The translations under genes were made by a program, and so were the position numbers. A stretch of 64,000 nt of DNA. Source: Candidatus Krumholzibacteriia bacterium. GTDB taxonomy: Bacteria; Krumholzibacteriota; Krumholzibacteriia; LZORAL124-64-63. Positions 10,901 through 20,300 of this stretch are shown piece by piece; positions within the stretch are counted from its first letter, which is position 1, and the number at the start of each line of letters is the position of its first letter. The DNA lies in contig JBFXKG010000003.1 of the NCBI GenBank assembly GCA_050174015.1, forward strand, positions 160,001-224,000. Direction: 5' to 3'. The notes beneath the pieces are model-generated. The model did no database searches and was not told the DNA's origin. It was given only the letters and a program-made list of their open reading frames with translations.

Positions 10901-11358
10901 GGATGGTTCAGGACCACCTCGGCCAGGGAGGTCACCTCCAGGTGGCGGGGAGCGTCCGTCCCGTTGGTCAGGGTCAGCCGCCGGATCTCGCAGGGGAGGC
11001 CGGGGGCCAGGGTCACCTCCATGCGGACGGCGATCCCGTCGCGATCGTCCAGGAGGGTGATCCGGCCGGCCTCGTTCCGGCAGGCCACATGACCCGGATC
11101 GTCTCCCAGGGCCCGGAAACGGCCGGTTTCGCGGTCCCTGACGAAAAACAGCAGGCCCTCCCGGGTCCGGCCGCCGTCGGCGGTCCGGTGGGTCAGGGCG
11201 ATGGGGGAGGCGGGGTCCTCCAGCAGGGAGGATCCGGAGCCGTCCGGTCCGACATCCACCCGGTAGCGGCGGCCCCCGGGGAGGTCCTGCGCCAGGGTGG
11301 CCGAAGGAATTCCGGACTTTCCCGCGGGGCTGTTTGGCGATCCGTCAAAAATCCGCAC
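7903..11358 (-). CDS. GH94 glycoside phosphorylase resembling the C-terminal half of cyclic beta-1,2-glucan synthase NdvB/Cgs, with two N-terminal beta-sandwich domains
   Basis: GTG start with AAGGAG RBS. Motifs 'HPVFSKLFLQTE', 'LSGTVGNVLDP', 'FYQSGGAFGFRDQLQD', 'GTGDWNDGMNRVG', 'GVRENGGQYTHAA', 'GRGGWTWYTGSSGW'. Confidence 0.92.
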   Translation of the reverse strand: MRIFDGSPNSPAGKSGIPSATLAQDLPGGRRYRVDVGPDGSGSSLLEDPASPIALTHRTADGGRTREGLLFFVRDRETGRFRALGDDPGHVACRNEAGRITLLDDRDGIAVRMEVTLAPGLPCEIRRLTLTNGTDAPRHLEVTSLAEVVLNHPDAHASHPVFSKLFLQTEYVPGEGAGLLLVRRRPRGADESHPVVVHALLGPEPLVSPGSVAGPVEWETDRARFFGRGRHPARPAALLSRFPLSGTVGNVLDPVVSLRREVRLEPEASATLTFLLGVAPDRREAIGLVAGAGLCEAGRFPLKSVSNPPRIAAEGETTRKAAPPGGAALQFYNGFGGFAAEAREYVIRLECRPDGTLRVPPCPWTNVLANEELGCIVSETGAGCTWSGNSREHRLTPWFNDPVLDPHGQALYLRDNGSGAYCSCLPGPIPAGGRYEMRHGLGYSRCLRTPDAGPLRDLEIETLVFVAKTEPVRAARIRVTNRGGSPRSLSLFAYDQLVLGGSPDRTPPHVATAYLSDPGLLIARNPAAGEFASRAAFARAIVPDGAAVFHTADRGSFLGPDLDPALPAGLANGPIDGRTGRDLDPCFSLQTDLEAPAGATVEVTFLLGEASDPEAAAALAARWARPGAVEEQYRQASDFWREGLDGIRVQTPSPALDLMVNGWLGYQTLACRIRGRSAFYQSGGAFGFRDQLQDSLSLTALWPELTRRQIVLHAGHQFREGDVLHWWHPPVSRGIRTRFADDLLWLPFAVVDYVRATGDRSVLDEDAPFLQAPLLEPGQDEVFLEPQLSGESASVYEHCCRALDRSLAVGAHGLPLFGTGDWNDGMNRVGREGRGESVWMGFFLAVIIDGFAPVCEARGDRERAARYRAHRDHLARTLNETGWDGAWYRRGYYDDGTPLGSSGNRECRIDALAQAWSVLSDVASPERAAGVMNAVEEHLIDDEARLIRLLTPPFVDTAHDPGYIKGYVAGVRENGGQYTHAALWVVRAMAKLGRRNRAAALLDLLNPVLHSATPEQVARYQVEPYVVAADVYGAEPHIGRGGWTWYTGSSGWMLRVALESILGLQPEGDSLRLVPCVPDAWPGYTLSWRVPGSAGTRYEITVTNPDRCSERVVRAELDGAPLPLEGSGARAPLVRDGRTHSITLVLGTRKK
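10440..10455. promoter_or_regulatory. Candidate auxiliary LacI-family operator inside the GH94 gene
   Basis: TTGAAACCGATTTCAA is a near-perfect palindrome. Its 14-bp core is 12/14 identical to the intergenic operator core TGAAACCGTTTACA. Confidence 0.45.
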
Positions 11359-11403
11359 GCTTGGCTCCTTGCCCTCACCTGGTGTCTTCGGGCGAACGGC
11401 GGT

Positions 11404-11433
11404 ATGCTAAGTCCATCAAGGACGATTTGTCAA
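11404..11433 (-). promoter_or_regulatory. Putative sigma70 promoter for the GH94-GH1-SGNH operon
   Basis: Minus strand TTGACA (11433-11428), 18-bp spacer, TAGCAT (11409-11404). It is back-to-back with a plus-strand TTGACA at 11442-11447. Confidence 0.55.
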
Positions 11434-11460
11434 AGAAGGGCTTGACAGGTTTCCGGATTT

Positions 11461-11476
11461 ATGAAACCGTTTACAT
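11461..11476. promoter_or_regulatory. LacI-family operator in the divergent intergenic region
   Basis: ATGAAACCGTTTACAT is a CG-centred pseudo-palindrome matching the TGWAANCGNTNWCA-type LacI/CcpA consensus, just upstream of the LacI gene. Confidence 0.75.
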
Positions 11477-11565
11477 CGCGCCGTGCGATGGACCGTGGCG
11501 GCAAATACCTGTTCGATCGCGCCGAACCGAGGAAGGGTCGGGGGATCCCAACCGGAGCAGACCTT

Positions 11566-12663
11566 GTGGCCACCATTCGGGACGTAGCCCGCGCTGCCGG
11601 AGTATCCATCGCCACCGTGTCCCGGGTCTACAACAACCAGGATCTGGTCAACGCGGACACCGCCGAGCGCATCCTCAAGATCGCCGCCGAACTCGATTAC
11701 TGGCCCAATCCCACCGCCCAGAGCCTGACCACCCGGCGCACCCAGACCTTCGGGGTCCTCCTGCCCGACCTTTTCGGCGAGTTCTATTCCGAGGTGATCC
11801 GGGGCATCGACCTGGCCGCCCGACGGGTCGGCTACCAGATCCTGCTGTCCAGTTCCCACTCCAATCACGAGGACGTGCTCATGGCCAGCCGGGCCATGCT
11901 GGGCCGGATCGACGGCGTGATCATGATGGCGCCGGACGAGATCTCCATCGACACCGTCGCCAGGGTGAGGGACCGGGTCCCGGTGGTCCTGCTCAATCCC
12001 CGGACCCCGGTGGAGGGGTGCCATTCGGTGGCTGTGGACAACTTCCACGGGGCCAAGGCCGCCGTCGCCCACCTGATCGACCTGGGGCACCGGGACGTCG
12101 CCATGATCACCGGGCCGGAGGGCAACGGCGACGCCGAGGATCGATTGCGGGGGTTCCGGGAGGCCCTCGCCGAGGCGGGAATCGACCCCGACGCGGCGCT
12201 CGTCATCCCCGGCGACTTCCGGGAGACCACGGGATTCGGCGCGGGAGAGGTCCTGCTCGGGCGCCGGCCCCGCCCGACGGCCGTCTTCGCGGCCAACGAC
12301 AGCACGGCCATCGGCCTGATGGCGGCCCTGCGGGTGGCCGGCTGCAGGGTGCCCGAGGACGTCGCGGTGGTCGGTTTCGACAACGTGACCATCGCGGGCT
12401 ACCTGAATCCCGCCCTGACCACCGTCCACGTGGACGCCTGCGGCCTGGGCGGCCGGGCCGTCGATCTGATGATGGCCGCCCTGGAAGCGGGCGCGCAGGA
12501 CCTGCCCCGGCACCAGGTCATCCAGGCGGTCCTGAAGGTCAGGCAATCGTGCGGGGCCCAGAAGGCTCCCGCCTTGAAACGACATTCGGCGGACGGACCC
12601 GCCGGCGACGATGTGGACATCCGAGGAGAAACACCCCTTCGTTCTGGAGGAGATCCGTCATGA
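11566..12663 (+). CDS. LacI-family transcriptional regulator
   Basis: GTG start after GGAG. HTH 'TIRDVARAAGVSIATVSRV'; ligand-binding domain 'PTAVFAANDSTAIG..VPEDVAVVGFD..PALTTV'. Confidence 0.96.
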   Translation: MATIRDVARAAGVSIATVSRVYNNQDLVNADTAERILKIAAELDYWPNPTAQSLTTRRTQTFGVLLPDLFGEFYSEVIRGIDLAARRVGYQILLSSSHSNHEDVLMASRAMLGRIDGVIMMAPDEISIDTVARVRDRVPVVLLNPRTPVEGCHSVAVDNFHGAKAAVAHLIDLGHRDVAMITGPEGNGDAEDRLRGFREALAEAGIDPDAALVIPGDFRETTGFGAGEVLLGRRPRPTAVFAANDSTAIGLMAALRVAGCRVPEDVAVVGFDNVTIAGYLNPALTTVHVDACGLGGRAVDLMMAALEAGAQDLPRHQVIQAVLKVRQSCGAQKAPALKRHSADGPAGDDVDIRGETPLRSGGDPS

Positions 12664-14552
12664 AGACACTGTTGACGATCCTGGTCGCCCTGGCCTTCAC
12701 GGCCTGCCTGGCGACGCCATCCGCCCAGGCCGCGGCTCCCCGCGAGGACGCCGTCTGGGCGCGCACGGCCTTGAATCCCATCACCCTGGACGGGGTGCTC
12801 GACGAGGCGGACTGGGCCCAGGCCGAAACCTGGGTCATCGAATACGCCGTCGACGCCGGCATTCCCGGCAGCGGCTGGAAGACCGAGAGCGGCTGGAATC
12901 CCATCGACCCCACGCACGCGACGCTGAAGTTCCTCGTCCACGGCAACCAACTCTACCTGGGCGCCGTGGTGCAGGACAAGTCCATCGGCGGCAGCACCCA
13001 GTTCAACCGGTTCGACGGATTCCTGATGGGTCTCAAGGACCACACCATCGCCGGGGCGCCCAAGCCCGTGGCGGAATACTTCTATTCCTGGTGGCACGAC
13101 GAGCTGACCGACCCGCAGCCAGTGGGCACGATGCCGGGCTTCATCGGAGCCTGGGCCGAACTGCCCCACGGGGCGCCGCGCACGCCCGAGCAGATCGACG
13201 CCTGGGACGCCGTGACGGTGGTGGACGGCGTGACCAACGACGACTCGGTCGACGACGTGGGCTACACCGTCGAGATGCGGTTCAACCTCGATCCCATGGG
13301 CTACGACGTGACCCAGCCGGGCGGCGACGTGGTGGAATGGAACATCTCCATCTACGACTGCGACTGGTTCTGGCCCATCAGCGTCACTTCCTTCAGCTCC
13401 AACCGCGTCTGGTGGCAGGGGCCCTGGGGGAACGCCTCCTGGTACAACGAGGTGCGGATCTTCGCCAGCCCCGACGTGACCACCGCCTCGGGCCCGGCCC
13501 CGGCGATCGACCCGGAAATGGTGATCCCGGAGCTGAGCGGACAGCCCGTCATCGACGGCAGCCTGTCCGAACCCGTCTGGACCGATCCTTCGGTCTACAC
13601 CTTCGACATCCGCTGGGACGGCGGTGACGCGCTGCTGGACACCTACGACGGGGTGGGCCCCTTCCGGTCGGGCCAGTTCCAGCCCACGGTCAACGGCGGC
13701 GAGGCCTTCGTGGCGGATCCCGCCGACGCGACGGTGAAGGTCTACCACCGCGGCGACATCCTCTACATGGGCTTCGAAGTCCGCGACGCCGTCGTCCAGT
13801 ACCATCCCGACCTGAACCGGTGGGACGGCTTCATCGTCACCATCGACGACCGGGTCGAACTGGGTTCGGACAACACCGCGCTGACCAGGCGCCTGTCCTT
13901 CCAGGTCGGGGACGCCGGCCAGGCGGTGGCCCAGGACGACCTGCTCAGCTTCGTGACCGCCGGCGACGCGGAGGTCGCCGTCGCCCTGATGGCCGGGACC
14001 ACGGTGGACACGCTGGGGACGCAAGCGGACACCGGCTACACCGCCGAGCTGGCCCTGGACCTCAAGAGCCTGGGCTATCCCGCCGGGCTGGGGGACGGCG
14101 CCTTCTTCTTCGCGGTCAACCACCTCGACGGCGATTCGTTCATCCCCATCACCGACAGCTACGGCACGCGCACCTGGTGGTACCGGGAGTTCCCCGGCGT
14201 CTGCTGCCCGGCCTGGGCCCATCTGGAGTCCAGCCTGAGCGGCGTGCCGGGTTCCGACGAGACCCGCCCCGGCTACGCCACGGTCACCGGCGGCAGCGGT
14301 CCGTCCTCCCGTCCGGAGATCCGGTTCGCCATGCCGGACCGCAACCTGGTGGCCCTGGAGGTCTACGACCTGCGCGGCATGCTCGTCGAAAGGCGCACCC
14401 TGGGCGCCCTGGAGGCGGGCGAGAACAGCGTGAGCCTGTTCTCGTCGCGGCGATCGAGCGCGGGAGTGTACATGTACCGCCTGCGGATGATCGATCCGGC
14501 CACGGGTACGACCCGGGGGGTCCTGACGGGCAAGACCCTGCTCATCAAGTAG
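12660..14552 (+). CDS. Secreted protein with two CBM9/DOMON-like domains and a T9SS-like C-terminal domain
   Basis: GGAGGAG RBS, ATGA overlap and signal peptide. Two repeats start 'ITLDGVLDEADW' and 'VIDGSLSEPVW' and each has 'LY.G..V.D', '(F/W)DGF' and 'GYT.E'. C-terminal 'LEVYDLRG..SAGVYMYRL..KTLLIK'. Confidence 0.72.
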   Translation: MKTLLTILVALAFTACLATPSAQAAAPREDAVWARTALNPITLDGVLDEADWAQAETWVIEYAVDAGIPGSGWKTESGWNPIDPTHATLKFLVHGNQLYLGAVVQDKSIGGSTQFNRFDGFLMGLKDHTIAGAPKPVAEYFYSWWHDELTDPQPVGTMPGFIGAWAELPHGAPRTPEQIDAWDAVTVVDGVTNDDSVDDVGYTVEMRFNLDPMGYDVTQPGGDVVEWNISIYDCDWFWPISVTSFSSNRVWWQGPWGNASWYNEVRIFASPDVTTASGPAPAIDPEMVIPELSGQPVIDGSLSEPVWTDPSVYTFDIRWDGGDALLDTYDGVGPFRSGQFQPTVNGGEAFVADPADATVKVYHRGDILYMGFEVRDAVVQYHPDLNRWDGFIVTIDDRVELGSDNTALTRRLSFQVGDAGQAVAQDDLLSFVTAGDAEVAVALMAGTTVDTLGTQADTGYTAELALDLKSLGYPAGLGDGAFFFAVNHLDGDSFIPITDSYGTRTWWYREFPGVCCPAWAHLESSLSGVPGSDETRPGYATVTGGSGPSSRPEIRFAMPDRNLVALEVYDLRGMLVERRTLGALEAGENSVSLFSSRRSSAGVYMYRLRMIDPATGTTRGVLTGKTLLIK

Positions 14553-14560
14553 GATGCGAT

Positions 14561-14597
14561 GGGACGTCCGGGAGGCCGAGGGGCCTCCCGGACTCCC
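14561..14597 (+). other. Strong GC-rich intergenic hairpin without a U-tract (possible mRNA stabiliser or partial terminator)
   Basis: 12-bp stem GTCCGGGAGGCC / GGCCTCCCGGAC (14566-14577 / 14582-14593), extended by GGGA/TCCC. Confidence 0.5.
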
Positions 14598-14656
14598 GGA
14601 AGATCGAGGCGAGAACCGGAGGCGAGTTCCAGGTGACACGACGCGAGGCGAAAGCG

Positions 14657-17305
14657 ATGGGACGATGGGCGCTGCGGACGGCGGCCCTGGCGGTGGTCTG
14701 CCTGGCGGCCGCCTGCCCGGACGCCCTGCTGGCCGGGACCACCGGGACGGTCGCCGGCACGGTGATCGACCAGGAAGGACGGCCGGTGGTGGCGGCCACC
14801 ATCCAGGTGATCGGCACCCGCCTGGGAGCCTACGCGGACGCCGAGGGAGCCTTCAACATCCTGAACGTCCCGCCGGGCACCTACGAGGTCAGGGCCAGCC
14901 GGCTGGGCTTCAATCCCGTCACCATCTCGGGCGTGATCGTCTCGTCCGACCAGACGGCCCGCATCGAGTTCAAGATGGGCGACACCACCCTCCAGGCGGA
15001 AGAGGTGGTGGTCGTGGCGGCCCGTCCCCCCGTCGATCTCAAGGAGACCAGCTCGCAGTCGACGCTGACGACCGAGGAGATCGAGTCCCTGCCCGTCCAG
15101 GACCTGGACGACGTGGTGAACCTGCAGGCGGGCGTGGTGGACGGTCACTTCCGCGGCGGCCGCCAGGGCGAGGTCCAGTACCAGGTGGACGGGGTCAGCG
15201 TGAACAACGCCTTCGACAACTCGTCCAGCCTGAAGATCGACCGCTCCCTGCTGCAGGAGGTCCAGGTCATCAGCGGGACCTTCGACGCGGAGTACGGCCA
15301 GGCCATGAGCGGCGTGGTCAACGCCGTGCTCAAGAACGGCACCGAGACCTTCCAGGCCGACGGCGAGGTCTACACCGGGGGCTTCTTCTTCCCCGGCCGC
15401 GAGGACGAGCGCCTGACGGACGACACCCCCCGCCTGACTGGGACCCAGAGCTACCAGCTGACCCTGAGCGGACCCCTGCCCCTGGCGAAGACCACCTTCC
15501 TGGTCAGCGGCCGGCGCTACCTGTTCGACGACTACATCTACGCCGAACGCCGCTACAACCCCACCGACAACGTCGAGGACCCCACGGAGCCCGGCAGCCC
15601 CTTCGTCGCCACGGGCGACCGCGAGCGCATGCCCCTGGGCTACAACGACGAATGGTCGGGGGTGGTCAAGGTCACGAACTCCGCCTTCGCCAACACCAGC
15701 CTGAACTACCAGGCGGTCTTCAACGGCCGCAAAGGCCGGCCCCAGAACTACATGTTCCGGTACATGCCGGACGGCCTGTCCATCCAGCGGTCGGTGTCGA
15801 TCTCCCACGGGCTGGACCTGACCCACACCCTGGGCTCCTCGTCCTTCCTGGACCTCAGCCTGCGGCAGAACTACTTCGAATACACCGACTACCTCTACGA
15901 GGACATCTACGATCCCCGGTACGACGATTCGCCCCAGCTCGACTCCTCGACCAACCTGGGGGACTGGTTCTACCAGGGCGTCCAGCTGAACCACTACCGC
16001 CAGAAGACCAACGCCTTCATCCTCAAGGGATCGGTCGTCAGTCAGCTCGACCAGGTCCACCAGCTGAAGACCGGGGTGGAGCTGAGCCTGCCCGCGGTCA
16101 CCTTCGGCAACGACGTCACCTTCACCTACGGGGAAGGGACCCTGGTCCGGCACCTGAACGAGCCCCCGGACTATCCCGGCCCGGCCACCTACCATCCGGT
16201 CATGGGGGCGGCCTTCATCCAGGATCAGGCCGAGACCGCCGACCTGATCGTGCGGTTCGGGGCGCGGCTGGACTACTTCGACGCCCGGTCGACCATCCCC
16301 AGCGATCTTGCCAATCCGGCCAACGCCATCGAGGGGGCGCCCGAATCCCGGCCCCAGGATACGACGGTCAAGGCCTCGGTGTCGCCGCGGCTGGGCGTCG
16401 CCTACCCCATCGAGGACAAGGCCGCCATCCACTTCGCCTACGGGCACTTCCGCCAGTTCCCCTCGGTGGGGACGATGTTCACCAACTCGGACTACGACAT
16501 CCTGGCCCGCCTGCAGGCCGGCGAGGTGCGCTACGGCCTGATGGGCAACCCCGACGTCAAGCCCGAGGAGACGGTGCAGTACGAGGCCGGCTACAAGCAG
16601 GTGCTGACGCCCGACCTGGGCTTCGACCTGACGATCTACTACAAGGACATCCGGGAATTGCTCGGGGTGGAGTTCATCGAGACCTACACCGGCGCCGAGT
16701 ACACGCGCCTGACCAACGTCGACTTCGGCAACACCCTGGGCGTCACCCTGGCCGTGGACCACCGCAAGGTGGGGCCGCTGAGCCTGGCCCTGGACTACAC
16801 CTGGCAGCAGGCCCTGGGCAACAGCAGCGATCCGAGCGAGACCGCCAACCGGGCCGCCGCCGGCGAGGATCCTCGGCCGCGCCTGGTGCCCTTCAACTGG
16901 GACCAGCGCCACACCGTCAACCTGACGGCCGCCCTCAACAAGCCGGACAGGTACTCGGTCAGCGCCGTGGTCCGGCTGGCAAGCGGCCAGCCCTACACCC
17001 CGGTGACCGAGGCCGCCTTCGGGTTCAACAGCGAGACCAACTCCGGCCGCAAGCCGACCGGATTCCTGGTCGACCTGCGGGCCGAGAAGACCATCGGGTC
17101 CGGAGGGAACGGCGGGGTCTTCCTGAGGGTGTTCAACCTGTTCGACGCTCGCTTCTTCAACGGGCCGGTCTTCGCCACCACGGGCAGTCCCTACTACTCG
17201 CGGACCGTGAGCCCCAGCGAGGAGATCGCCCTGCGGAATCCCACCCGTTTCCATCCCCCCCGGCGCATCGAATTCGGAGTGCGCTGGAAACTGGGAGGGT
17301 CCTGA
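14657..17305 (+). CDS. TonB-dependent receptor with an N-terminal carboxypeptidase-regulatory-like domain
   Basis: Signal peptide; 'GTVIDQEGRPV..ILNVPPGTYEV'; plug 'HFRGGRQGEVQYQVDGV..SGTFDAEYGQAMSGVVNAV'; barrel 'SPRLG..GNPDVKPE..PRRIEFGVRW'. Confidence 0.93.
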   Translation: MGRWALRTAALAVVCLAAACPDALLAGTTGTVAGTVIDQEGRPVVAATIQVIGTRLGAYADAEGAFNILNVPPGTYEVRASRLGFNPVTISGVIVSSDQTARIEFKMGDTTLQAEEVVVVAARPPVDLKETSSQSTLTTEEIESLPVQDLDDVVNLQAGVVDGHFRGGRQGEVQYQVDGVSVNNAFDNSSSLKIDRSLLQEVQVISGTFDAEYGQAMSGVVNAVLKNGTETFQADGEVYTGGFFFPGREDERLTDDTPRLTGTQSYQLTLSGPLPLAKTTFLVSGRRYLFDDYIYAERRYNPTDNVEDPTEPGSPFVATGDRERMPLGYNDEWSGVVKVTNSAFANTSLNYQAVFNGRKGRPQNYMFRYMPDGLSIQRSVSISHGLDLTHTLGSSSFLDLSLRQNYFEYTDYLYEDIYDPRYDDSPQLDSSTNLGDWFYQGVQLNHYRQKTNAFILKGSVVSQLDQVHQLKTGVELSLPAVTFGNDVTFTYGEGTLVRHLNEPPDYPGPATYHPVMGAAFIQDQAETADLIVRFGARLDYFDARSTIPSDLANPANAIEGAPESRPQDTTVKASVSPRLGVAYPIEDKAAIHFAYGHFRQFPSVGTMFTNSDYDILARLQAGEVRYGLMGNPDVKPEETVQYEAGYKQVLTPDLGFDLTIYYKDIRELLGVEFIETYTGAEYTRLTNVDFGNTLGVTLAVDHRKVGPLSLALDYTWQQALGNSSDPSETANRAAAGEDPRPRLVPFNWDQRHTVNLTAALNKPDRYSVSAVVRLASGQPYTPVTEAAFGFNSETNSGRKPTGFLVDLRAEKTIGSGGNGGVFLRVFNLFDARFFNGPVFATTGSPYYSRTVSPSEEIALRNPTRFHPPRRIEFGVRWKLGGS

Positions 17306-20300
17306 TGACGCTGCGGCGGAGCATTCACCGGAAAGGGATGGATTTGATGCCACGGAACACGGGCACGGCCCGGGGATGGACGCCGGCGGCGGCCTGGCTG
17401 CTGGCCGCACTGTTGCCGATCCTGCTGTCGCCGGGGCGCATCGCCGCGGACGTGGTGACCCCGGTGCCGCAGGACGAGCGGGGCCGCGAGGACGCCGAGC
17501 GTTCGGGCCAGCACGACGCCAACAACATGCGGACCATCTTCTGGAACTACGGCATGGTCGGGGACTACCCGCGCGATCCCGGCAACGTCGACCTCAGCGT
17601 GTTCCACTCCGCGGAGGTGCCCAAGGGCAGCGGCATGAACTACAGCGACGGCATCACGCCGTTCGTGCTGGCGAAGATCTCGCAGCTGGACGGCGCCGAG
17701 GCCTACATCATGGAGACCGGGTTCCGGGAGCGCCAGGGAACGAGTCCCTACTTCAACCGCGTGATGCGCTTCGAGCCGCGGCCGGGCTACTTCCAGCCCG
17801 ATCCGGGCCTGAACCCGGGGCGTTCGGTCGCCCTCAGCAACGATCCGCGCACCTGGCCCGACTTCTGGCCCGACCGCCTGGACGAGGTGGACGACCCGGG
17901 CTGGCCGGGGTCCTGGAACGGCTACTTCGGCAAGCAGGTCGTCGCCGACCAGGAGAGCTACATGGTCCTGGACGACGACTTCTACGACGCCTGGAACTAC
18001 TATCCCGACAGCAGGGACCCGACGCGCCGGGGGCTGGGCCTGCGCATCGAGGTGCGGGGCTTCCAGTGGGCGAACCCCCAGGCCCGCAACGTGATCTTCT
18101 GGCACTACGACATCACGAACGAGAGCACGACCGACTACGAGGACAACATCATCTTCGGCCTCTACATGGATTCGGGCGTGGGCGGGTCCGCCCTGTCCTG
18201 CGACGGCATCTACGAATCGGACGACGACAACGCCTACTACCAGGACGTCTTCAACGGCCAGAGGATCAACCTCGTCTACACCTGGGACAACGGCGGGCAC
18301 GGCCGCGATCTCAGCAGCTCCTGCGCCACCACCGGGTACCTGGGCTACGCCTACATGGAGACACCGGGCAATTCCTCCGACGGCCTGGACAACGACCTCG
18401 ACGGGATCACCGACGAGCGGCGCGACGGCGGCCCCGGCGGGATGATGATCGGCGAATCCCAGATCATGTCCCACGTCGCGGCCAACTACGACCGGACGCG
18501 GTTCGAGGCCGCCTACGGACCGGTCGAGGAGTCTCCGGCGTACCGGGCGGGCCTGTGGTGGACCGGCGACGAGGACATGGACTGGACGGTCGAGGGGCAC
18601 GACGTCGGCGCGGACGGTCTCCCGGAAACAGGGGACACGGGTGAGGGCGACGGCATCCCCACGCCCGGCGAACCGAACTTCGACGGGACCGACCTGAACG
18701 AGTCCGACCAGATCGGCCTGACGGGGTTCAAGCTCAACCGCATCCGCCCCGGCCAGAACAATCCCAACCAGGAAGTGGACGGCATCGTCTTCTTCACCGA
18801 CAACCACGACTGGCCCGAGCGGCTGTACAACCAGTTCGCCGATCCCGATTCCTCGGTGCGGTTCGACGCTCCGCTTGCCTCGAACTACAACATCGGTTTC
18901 CTCTTCGCCTCCGGCCCCTTCCGGCTCGAGGCCGGCAAGACCGAGCGCTTCAGCCTGGCCCTGGCCTACGGCGCCAGTCTGGACGAACTGTCCCGCAACA
19001 CCCAGACGGTCCAGCAGATCTACAACGCCAACTACCGGTTCGCGGTCCCGCCCAAGGCGCCGACCGTGACCGCCGAGGAGGGCGACGGTTTCGTGCGCCT
19101 GTCCTGGGACGACGTCGCCGAACGCGGCGCCGACCCGGTCACCGGCGATTACGACTTCGAGGGTTACCGGATCTATCGCTCCACGGATCCGGACTTCCGG
19201 GATCCCCAGGTGATCACCACCGGGACCGGGAGCGGTCCCCTGGGCAACGGCAAGCCCATCGCCCAGTTCGACCGGATCGACGGGGTGAGCGGGTACTCGG
19301 AGCTGGCGATCGAAGGCGTCCAGTACTACCTGGGTACCGAGACGGGGCTCACCCACACCTGGACCGACTACGGGGTGACCAACGGCCAGCAATACTACTA
19401 TGCGGTGACGGCCTACGACTTCGGTTCGACCGATCCCAAGTTCAACTTCTACCCGTCCGAGAACGCCATCGCCCCCTCGCGGACGCCGCGAGGAGGGCTG
19501 GTGCTGCCGTCCAACGTGGTGGCCGCCCGGCCCAATCCCCGGGTGCTGGGCTACGTGCCCGCCGCGGCCGAAGCCGCCGAGCACGTCTCCGGACGAGGCG
19601 CGGGGACGGTGGTGGTCGAGGTCGTCAACTCCAACGAGGTGCCCGACGGCCACGACTTCAGCCTCGCCTTCGCGACGCCCCACCCGGACAGCCTGCTGGC
19701 CTCGCGCTACATCCTGACGGACGAGACCACCGGCGAGATCGTCTTCGAGACCGGCCGGGACCTGATCGGCCAGGGCATCGGCCCGGTGGGGGCCGGCCTG
19801 CTGCCCATCGTGGCGACAGCCGCGGAGGTCGTCATCGACCCCGAAAATTCCGGCTGGGCGGAAGGCAGTCCCACCGACCTGGAGCTCCGGGTGTCCTATC
19901 AGGACGTCCTGCCCATCAACCAGGTGCGTCCCGGCTTCCCCGACGACGTCACCGTGGAGTTCTTCGACAGGGTCGTGGACACGTCCCTGGCCGGGTTCCC
20001 CTTCGTGGCCACGCCCGCCAAGTTCAGGATCATCGCCCATACGGCCGAAGGCGACGTCCAGCTCGATTTCCGGTTCCGGGACCGGAACGGGGACCAGACC
20101 CTCAGCGCGGCGGACGAACTCGTCGACGCTTTCACCTATCTGGAGTCGGACCCGGACACGCCGCAGGCCACCTGGCGCTTCGAGGTGGACGTGGCCGGGG
20201 GAGAGGCGGAAACCGTTCCGGGGATCGCCGACGCCTACGAGTTGCGTCTGGTGCGCCCGTTCAGCGGCGACGACGTCTTCAGGTTCTCGACCCGGGGCTC

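Noticed and set aside
11442..11476. Plus-strand sigma70 promoter for lacI from TTGACA at 11442
   Set aside because: No acceptable -10 hexamer at 16-18 bp spacing, so it is not listed as a complete promoter.
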